Positions 57,380-64,000 of a stretch of 64,000 bases of DNA are shown here, in pieces. Location: contig CAZWEM010000005.1 of assembly GCA_964632315.1 (NCBI GenBank), positions 67,672-131,671 on the forward strand, given 5' to 3'. The stretch is from an uncultured archaeon (GTDB taxonomy: Archaea > Asgardarchaeota > Lokiarchaeia > Sigyniarchaeales > SOKP01). Each line of letters begins with the position of its first letter. Within the stretch, counting starts at the first letter, position 1. The position numbers and the translations under genes are program-made. The notes under the pieces are model-generated. The model worked only from the letters and a program-made list of their open reading frames with translations. It ran no database searches and was not told the DNA's origin.

Positions 57380-59014
57380 ATGTCGGTGAACAAAAAGCAA
57401 TTATTTGGAAGTTTATTTAACAACTTTCTGAACCAAAACACAGAAGTTGAGGCAATCATAGTCTCAGATATGGATGGATTTGTAATCGCTGGTGAAAAAC
57501 GGATGGACATTGACATAGAGATTGTCTCTTTTTTGACTGCTGTTGTCAATCCATTAATTGAAAGAGTAAGGGAAGAATTTTCATTTAAAAAGTTCGGAAC
57601 CGCAAGCATAGACACTGAAGAACATCGATTGCTTTTTGTATTGATAAACGAAGCTACAACATTAACTTTAGTAATAAAAAGCATGGGTTCTATTGATAAT
57701 ATCTCTCCATATGCTTATTTTATGGCTGAAAAAGTAGCTCAAATCCTTGAAGCTACAGGCACAGAATTAATCCAGATTTCTATTCCTGACTTTAAGTTCG
57801 GTGGGGAAATATGTGAAAATGGTGGACGGCTTAAAAACCAACTTTATCAATCTAAGGTTGACCAAGGAGGAATTTATCGTTTTAAGTTCATTGTGATCGG
57901 AGATCATGAAGTTGGAAAAACATCAATAATTAGAAGATTTGTGGAAGGCAATTTTTTAGAAAAATACCGAGCAACAATTGGATTAAACATTCTTTCACAC
58001 ACATTTGAGGCATTTGGAAATAAAATCAATATAATGCTCTGGGACATCGGGGCTCAAAAATTTTTCAAGCGATATAGGAAAACTTATTATAATGGTGCCC
58101 AAGCAGTCTTTATCGTATTTGATTTAACCAATAGAGAATCTTTTGAGAATGTGAATTATTGGCATAATGAACTAAAAGATTTTATTGAAAATAAGGACCT
58201 ACCAATAATCATTGTGGGGAATAAGACAGATCTTGAAAATGAAAGAGTCGTAAGTTATGAAGAGGGTGCTGAAATTGCCAATGACCTCTCCAAATTGGCT
58301 GGTCTATCAGAAAGTACAGCATTATCAGAATATTCGGATTTGTCAGAATTTTCCGGATCTCATTCTAAAATATCATATATTGAAACTAGTGCTAAGACGG
58401 GAAACCGAATTCAAGATGCATTTAATTTAATCTCATATCACTTTATTTTAAAATGTGAAGAAAAAGAGGAATCTCTGCTAAAGAATAAAATAGTTGATGA
58501 GATTAATTCGATCATTGACATCAATAAAAGTTTAACTTTAGTTTTTTTAAGTCAAAATGAATTATGGAACCCCACACTCCAAATTTTATCAGATATTAAT
58601 AGATTAGGCAAACCTTCTGACATTAAGGATAAAAAGAAGGAAAAAAGACTTGAATATGAGAATGGACTTGTATTAAAGAGTTTTATTTATGAATCATACA
58701 AAACAAGTGATGCTGATGGAGTCGTCTGCATGTTTGATGCCAGAGACAAAGAAAATGTTGATCCGTCATGGATTGAAATTATCTCAAACATTATAAAGGA
58801 TCTAAGTAAAAATAAAGTCATTTCTGTAGGTTTGAGAGTCTCCAATGATGAAAGTTGGTCCAATCTGATTGAAGGGTTTAAATTAGATGAAGAAGCAGAA
58901 AATAGAATGATCTCTCTACTCTTTTTCAGAATTAAGGAGGAATCAACCTTAGACATCTACGAACAGCTGTCAGTGACATTAAATAGTATCAAAAATTTAA
59001 GTTTTAATTACTGA
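57380..59014 (+). CDS. Roadblock - Rab-like GTPase - degenerate GTPase-like fusion
   Basis: Roadblock EAIIVSDMDGFVIA; G1 GDHEVGKT, G2 ATIG, G3 WDIGAQ, G4 NKTD, G5 ETSAK; C-terminal ADGVVCMFDA domain. Confidence 0.92.
   Translation: MSVNKKQLFGSLFNNFLNQNTEVEAIIVSDMDGFVIAGEKRMDIDIEIVSFLTAVVNPLIERVREEFSFKKFGTASIDTEEHRLLFVLINEATTLTLVIKSMGSIDNISPYAYFMAEKVAQILEATGTELIQISIPDFKFGGEICENGGRLKNQLYQSKVDQGGIYRFKFIVIGDHEVGKTSIIRRFVEGNFLEKYRATIGLNILSHTFEAFGNKINIMLWDIGAQKFFKRYRKTYYNGAQAVFIVFDLTNRESFENVNYWHNELKDFIENKDLPIIIVGNKTDLENERVVSYEEGAEIANDLSKLAGLSESTALSEYSDLSEFSGSHSKISYIETSAKTGNRIQDAFNLISYHFILKCEEKEESLLKNKIVDEINSIIDINKSLTLVFLSQNELWNPTLQILSDINRLGKPSDIKDKKKEKRLEYENGLVLKSFIYESYKTSDADGVVCMFDARDKENVDPSWIEIISNIIKDLSKNKVISVGLRVSNDESWSNLIEGFKLDEEAENRMISLLFFRIKEESTLDIYEQLSVTLNSIKNLSFNY
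58283..58354 (+). repeat. Four degenerate 18-nt in-frame tandem repeats inside the GTPase domain
   Basis: gacctctccaaattggct ggtctatcagaaagtaca gcattatcagaatattcg gatttgtcagaattttcc = DLSKLA GLSEST ALSEYS DLSEFS. Confidence 0.7.
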
Positions 59015-59031
59015 ATAAAAATGTTTTGAAT

Positions 59032-60285
59032 TTAAAATTCGATTTGTTCCGGATAGGCTACTTCTAGTAAATTAAGCGCTTTCTTTGCAACTTCGTATGA
59101 AATTTTCTTCTTTTCATCCTCGCTATGATAAGCATCTTTTATCCTTTCTAGTAAATACTCTGGGAAAAAGATTAATGGTTGAATATCTGTCAATAGTAGT
59201 AACCATGGTCGATCCTTTTGATCTTTGATTTCGGTAATTATGTTTAGTTGGATTAGATCATCCAATATTAGTTCTATATCAGCAAATTCAGAGAAAATAT
59301 TTGGTATTTTATCTCGGGGATAAAATTTATTTCTAAGCATTGCAAATAAGTCATATACATCAGGGTTCAGTAAGATGGATGATAATTTCTTCTTTTGTTC
59401 TATTGTTTGGTTCTTAGGGTCATAGTCCGAAAAATAATCTGTTACTTGAGCCTCATATTTCTCATAAATATCACTCTTTGAGTCTTTCAAGTGATTTAAG
59501 AGATCAAAATTCGGGACTCTTAATAGTTCAATATCTTTTGTCAAAAACAAATATTCTCCTTGATTCTCAATTAATCCAGTCACCTTGTCTCTTTTTCCCT
59601 TGATCCAATCCCGTCTTATAAGATTCAATTCCAAAAATGGTTCAAGTAGCACGTCTAAGTTAGGGTTTTCCTTTATTCGTTCAAGAATTTCTCTTACTTC
59701 TCTTTTAGATTTTGGATATTCCCTTAACGTTTTTAAAATTTCTAAACGTTCGTAACTATTAAATATCAATGCTGATTTTTGAATTTTATCCAAATTAGTT
59801 AAGCGCTTTATTTGAAACGTGGCATATTTCAATTCTGTTTCAATGTTATCATGGATTTTACTAATAAGAGCAATCTGGTTTGTCTTTTTAGCAGTTTCGA
59901 AGGTTTCAAATAAATAGTCCATTTTCTTACCAAGAGAGTTTATGATGTCTTCATAGAGTCCAAGATCTTCATCAAGAGTAAAGATAAGTAAGGTTAAATA
60001 TTGGGTACCGCTTTCAGCTTGAATGAAATAGGAACTGACCTGATATGTCGTCTCTTTTAACCTACCTTCATAATAATTGCTAAACCCTCCCGATATTTCA
60101 CGAATGCTTGTTGTATGATGGTATAATATAGAAAATAAGTCACTTGTTGCAATCAGTTCAGAAAGATTTTCATTCATGAAATCTTTGTTCTCAAAGTGAA
60201 AAACTATTGGTTTGAAATCCGGTTTTACTTCACCCGTCGGTTTTTGAATCAGTACAAACTCAAAAGTTAAAATAGCTTCAATCAT
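59032..60285 (-). CDS. Hypothetical protein: longin/uDENN-like N-terminus + two winged-helix-like domains
   Basis: beta-beta-alpha-beta-beta-beta-alpha pattern at the N-terminus; ERLEILKTLREYPKSKREV...LEPFLELNLIRRDW and DVYDLFAMLR...LDDLIQLNIITEI. Confidence 0.55.
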   Translation of the reverse strand: MIEAILTFEFVLIQKPTGEVKPDFKPIVFHFENKDFMNENLSELIATSDLFSILYHHTTSIREISGGFSNYYEGRLKETTYQVSSYFIQAESGTQYLTLLIFTLDEDLGLYEDIINSLGKKMDYLFETFETAKKTNQIALISKIHDNIETELKYATFQIKRLTNLDKIQKSALIFNSYERLEILKTLREYPKSKREVREILERIKENPNLDVLLEPFLELNLIRRDWIKGKRDKVTGLIENQGEYLFLTKDIELLRVPNFDLLNHLKDSKSDIYEKYEAQVTDYFSDYDPKNQTIEQKKKLSSILLNPDVYDLFAMLRNKFYPRDKIPNIFSEFADIELILDDLIQLNIITEIKDQKDRPWLLLLTDIQPLIFFPEYLLERIKDAYHSEDEKKKISYEVAKKALNLLEVAYPEQIEF

Positions 60286-60503
60286 GATTTATCTAATTCT
60301 CCAATTCTATTTAACTAATTATAAAAAAAGTATTATTTAACCTTTATTGCCTTAAAAAAATAAAATGATATAATAAACAATAACTAGGTAAAATTTTACT
60401 TCTAGATATTGCGTAAGTTATTTCGTATATCACAAGAGATTAAAAACATGTAGCGATTTGATATTATTAAAAAATTATTTATCTATTTAAAAGGGGATTG
60501 CAC

Positions 60504-63500
60504 ATGTTTTATAATAAACAAAATTTTAAAAGAAAAGCTTTTGCATCAATAATATTAACTATATTAGCTCTTGGTATATTTCTTCAAATTCCAGGCTTAT
60601 ATAATAATTTCCTGACTTTAAAAGGTAATGAAGACCACTTTTCAAGAGAAAATGCACCTCAAGCTTCTGAAACTGATTACTATAATAAAGAATGGATAAC
60701 AAACGGTGATTTTTCTTCTGGTTCAGTTAATTGGTCAAGTGAAACTTTGGGAGATACTTCAGATTTAAATCTTGGGATAAGTAGCGGGGTTGCAAATTAT
60801 GAAGTAAAAGGAGAAAAGAAAACATTTTCTCTGAATGAAGATCCTTTAGTCGGATCGAATTGGCTGCCAGTACCAAATCCAGATTTTCCAGGATTGGTTG
60901 ATTATAATTCTAGTGATTCAGAAGGTTTAATAGCAAGTCACACATTTCATGATCAAGGAGATGCGAATCAAAATCCTAGTATCCATTGGGATAGAAATTT
61001 TACAATGCCAGTTGATATGTCAGATTATGAAATAATTTCTGCATCCATGCAAAGTGTTGTATATGCTAGAGTCAGTAAGGATGTTGATGTAGATGGAGAT
61101 AATCTTGCAGCTTATTATCCTGATTACGGTTATCCTGGACTTTCTTTAGATCAAAGAGCATCTTACGATTATGTTAGATTTTATGTTTTAATTTCTGATT
61201 TGTCAAGAAATAAGGTATATGAAATTGCTTATTTACAACCAACCGATTTAGGTCAAGGAGATCCAGAAGAATATTCAATTGTCTATGATGAGATGACTGA
61301 TACCTATTTAATAACTGTACCTGAGGATATCTTGATTTTTTATCTAACATCTGTTCTTAACTCAGACAACTATAATTTTACAATTACATTAGGCATCAGA
61401 ATCTATGCAGCAGATAATGCGGGTAATTTTGATTATGATCGTTTTACTGAACTTCGTTTTAAATCACTAGATTTAACATTTACTTACGAAAAAAAGATAA
61501 ATCAGCTTGACAGGGGATCTTGGAAGCAAAACGGTGATTTAATTCCAGATAATTATGTTATAGAAAACGCTACGTTAAATTTTAAATACATGATAAATGC
61601 TAGCTGGTCAGAATATGCTTCCTCTCCAAATTCTGAATTTAGAATACTCATTAATAATAATCAGTTAGGAGAAACAATAAATTTGGACACCGCTAACGAA
61701 ACATTGAGAGATATAAAATCAGGAGGATTTGACGTTACTCAATTCATTTCGTCTAATAAACAGGTAAACCTCACCATTCAAGTCTATATTGGTGACGAAT
61801 TTTTGCTTAATAGCACGGTAAAAATATCAATAGATGATGTATCGCTTATCATTGGATATGGAATTGAAACGCCTCCCGATTTATCTGACTTTGAACTAAT
61901 CCTAAATGATGTCGATAAAACAACTGAAAAATCAACTCAGGTTACTTTCAATGAGAATTTGAATATCACGTTAGTATACAAAGATAGTAATGGAGATTTT
62001 ATTTCAGGTGCAGATGTAGAATTAATAGGGGGCGGTTTGGATCCAATCACACTTCTCCCTAATGGATTTGATAATTATTTTACAGAAATTAATTCAAGTG
62101 ATTTAGGAGTGGGAATGACATATCTCACATTAACAGCTAGCAAGCGTTATCACACGACAGTACAATTCCAAATCACTATTGAAGTGGTTAATCGAGATAC
62201 AGAACTTCAGTTATATCTTGATAAATCTAATCAAACTATTGATAAAGAATGGAAGACTACGTGGAATGAAAATTTAAACATTACAATCAAATACTTGGAT
62301 ATTGATAACACTCCAGCAACACACATCAGTGGAGCCACAGTGGATTTGACGGGTGTTGGAGCCACTAAACCTCTAATTGAAGATTCTGGGAATAAACAAT
62401 ATGAGATCTCGATAAATACTTTTGATATTGGCGTTGGAAGCACTTACTTAACGGTATATGCTTCACAAGAAAATTATACCTCTTTGAATATTAGATTCAA
62501 GATTATAGTGACTACAAGGGACACTTATCTTGATAATATAAAATTAGATAATATTGAAAGAACTTCATTTGAGATAGCATGGAATGAAATTTTTGATATT
62601 TCAGCTTCTTATAATGACACTGATACAGGCAATTTTATTAGTGGTGCTTCTCTCCAACTAATAGGGACAGATTATACAGATGATTTTACTCCATCTGGCG
62701 AATCATATTCATTATCAGTAAACACAACTGAATTAACTATAGGAAATAACTTCCTTACAATTTTAGCTCAAAAAAGTAATTATAGTATTTTTTCAAAATT
62801 AATTACTATAACTGTCACGGAGAGAGCAACTACCATGGAATCAATTTTGAACCATACAAGTGCCACCACTATATCTTATCCCCACGGAGAGCTACTCAAT
62901 ATTACAGCAATATATAGCGATGAATCTGGACCTTTCATTGATGATGCAACTGTTCAACTAAGGGAAGGATCCACGGTAGTTTACAACCTAACTGAGTATT
63001 CAAGTCCCAATCAATATTCTGTAGAAATAAATACAGATGAGTTAAATTTAGGGGTCAATCTACTTACTCTTTATGCTAAGAAGGAGAATTACAGCGCAGC
63101 CTTTATAAGTTTGACAATAATAGTTGATGAACGTGATGTTAGTTTAGATATTATTTTAGATTCTAATCCTAGTACAGTAATCGACGCGATTTATGATGAA
63201 TATGTGAATATTACGGCAATATATCGTGATTTTAAGGATCTTTTCATTGCTGGTGCAACTGTTGAATTAATAAGCGGAGGGGATGAATATGTAATGTCAA
63301 AACATAGTTTATATGATCAATATAATATATCCATTAATACTCAAACTTTGAATCTTGGAACGAACTTATTAACAATCCGTGCAAGTAAAGAGAATTATTC
63401 TTCGATCTTTGTAGGGATAACAATAAATGTGTTAGAAAGGAATACTGATTATAAAATCTATTTAGATGGGATAGATTACACTGCTAATCCAGCAATTCCA

Positions 63501-64000
63501 GCATATCCCGATCAATCAATCAACCTAACAGTTTCTTATATAGATTCAATCACAACACAATTCATAAGTGGAGCAATCGTGGATGTGAATGGATCTGGGA
63601 TATCGGAACCCCTCGATGAGGTTTATAATAATTATACTGTGATTTTAGATACATCTAACCTAAATACTGGTTTTAATTTTCTAACAATTTACGCTAGAAA
63701 AGAGGGATATGCCTCTCAATCGATCACACTTGCTATTCAGATAATCCCAATAGAAACCGAGCTGAAGCTTTACTTAGATGGCGTGGATAGGACTTCGAGT
63801 CCATCATTAACCACTTACACTAATCAATTAATTAACCTAACAGTTTCTTATATAGATTCAATTGCAACACAATTCATTAGTGGAGCAACCGTGGACGTGA
63901 ATGGTTCTGGCATTTCAGAACCGCTCAATGAGGTTTATAACAATTATACGTACACGATAGACACGAGTGAATTAAACTTTGGTGCCAACTTCTTGACGAT
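60504..64000 (+). CDS. Very large surface glycoprotein with tandem Ig-like repeats, runs off the right edge
   Basis: Not in the ORF track. ATG 60504 gives MFYNKQNFKRKAFASIILTILALGIFLQ (signal/anchor); the same frame reads through at 61923 and at 63957-64000. At least seven ~104-aa repeats (LNITxxYxD...FIxGAxV...Y.I.INT.L.G.N.LTI.A.K.NY) and many NxS/T sequons. Confidence 0.9.
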   Translation, partial: MFYNKQNFKRKAFASIILTILALGIFLQIPGLYNNFLTLKGNEDHFSRENAPQASETDYYNKEWITNGDFSSGSVNWSSETLGDTSDLNLGISSGVANYEVKGEKKTFSLNEDPLVGSNWLPVPNPDFPGLVDYNSSDSEGLIASHTFHDQGDANQNPSIHWDRNFTMPVDMSDYEIISASMQSVVYARVSKDVDVDGDNLAAYYPDYGYPGLSLDQRASYDYVRFYVLISDLSRNKVYEIAYLQPTDLGQGDPEEYSIVYDEMTDTYLITVPEDILIFYLTSVLNSDNYNFTITLGIRIYAADNAGNFDYDRFTELRFKSLDLTFTYEKKINQLDRGSWKQNGDLIPDNYVIENATLNFKYMINASWSEYASSPNSEFRILINNNQLGETINLDTANETLRDIKSGGFDVTQFISSNKQVNLTIQVYIGDEFLLNSTVKISIDDVSLIIGYGIETPPDLSDFELILNDVDKTTEKSTQVTFNENLNITLVYKDSNGDFISGADVELIGGGLDPITLLPNGFDNYFTEINSSDLGVGMTYLTLTASKRYHTTVQFQITIEVVNRDTELQLYLDKSNQTIDKEWKTTWNENLNITIKYLDIDNTPATHISGATVDLTGVGATKPLIEDSGNKQYEISINTFDIGVGSTYLTVYASQENYTSLNIRFKIIVTTRDTYLDNIKLDNIERTSFEIAWNEIFDISASYNDTDTGNFISGASLQLIGTDYTDDFTPSGESYSLSVNTTELTIGNNFLTILAQKSNYSIFSKLITITVTERATTMESILNHTSATTISYPHGELLNITAIYSDESGPFIDDATVQLREGSTVVYNLTEYSSPNQYSVEINTDELNLGVNLLTLYAKKENYSAAFISLTIIVDERDVSLDIILDSNPSTVIDAIYDEYVNITAIYRDFKDLFIAGATVELISGGDEYVMSKHSLYDQYNISINTQTLNLGTNLLTIRASKENYSSIFVGITINVLERNTDYKIYLDGIDYTANPAIPAYPDQSINLTVSYIDSITTQFISGAIVDVNGSGISEPLDEVYNNYTVILDTSNLNTGFNFLTIYARKEGYASQSITLAIQIIPIETELKLYLDGVDRTSSPSLTTYTNQLINLTVSYIDSIATQFISGATVDVNGSGISEPLNEVYNNYTYTIDTSELNFGANFLT
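63522..63950 (+). repeat. Recently duplicated Ig-repeat unit, period 312 nt
   Basis: aacctaacagtttcttatatagattcaat occurs identically at 63522 and 63834, and the next ~90 nt are highly similar. Confidence 0.85.

Noticed and set aside
4142-62443. Many short or antisense ORFs in the supplied track (e.g. 4142..4528, 4831..5145, 7237..7584, 20896..21300, 21568..21969, 34658..34888, 51464..52030, 57331..57684, 62231..62443)
   Set aside because: They overlap well-supported genes on the opposite strand or in another frame and show no motifs, so they are shadow ORFs.
1-64000. tRNA, rRNA, CRISPR arrays, transposases, integrases or proviral genes
   Set aside because: No GC-rich structured RNA tracts, regularly spaced repeats or mobile-element motifs were seen by eye. 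tRNAscan-SE and Infernal would be needed to exclude small RNAs.

Overview
AT-rich, gene-dense archaeal chromosome segment. The gene content points to an Asgard archaeon, most likely Lokiarchaeia: two paralogous roadblock-Rab-like GTPase fusions, a longin-roadblock fusion, a RING-H2/TPR protein, a longin plus winged-helix protein, corrinoid/MT2 methyltransferases and a giant Ig-repeat surface protein. I see no rRNA, tRNA, CRISPR array, transposase or integrase. Metabolic and housekeeping genes include thiDN, thiC, thioredoxin, two MFS and one ZIP transporter, a GlcD/GlcF-like dehydrogenase pair, pepF and a cold-shock protein. The two best candidate systems are (1) a sulfur-relay cluster at 27.4-33.1 kb that joins bacterial-type TusA and DsrEFH/TusDCB to an archaeal/eukaryotic-type E1 + ubiquitin-like carrier + NcsA/TtuA module, plus a solute-binding-fold protein with no export signal, and (2) a roadblock-GTPase-pseudoGTPase gene convergent with an NPRL2-like longin/winged-helix protein at 57.4-60.3 kb. 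I also found features missing from the supplied ORF track: two edge-truncated genes, four small ORFs, a longin pseudogene with two in-frame stops, a probable ATT start and hairpins around the cold-shock gene. All family assignments come from reading motifs by eye; no searches were run.
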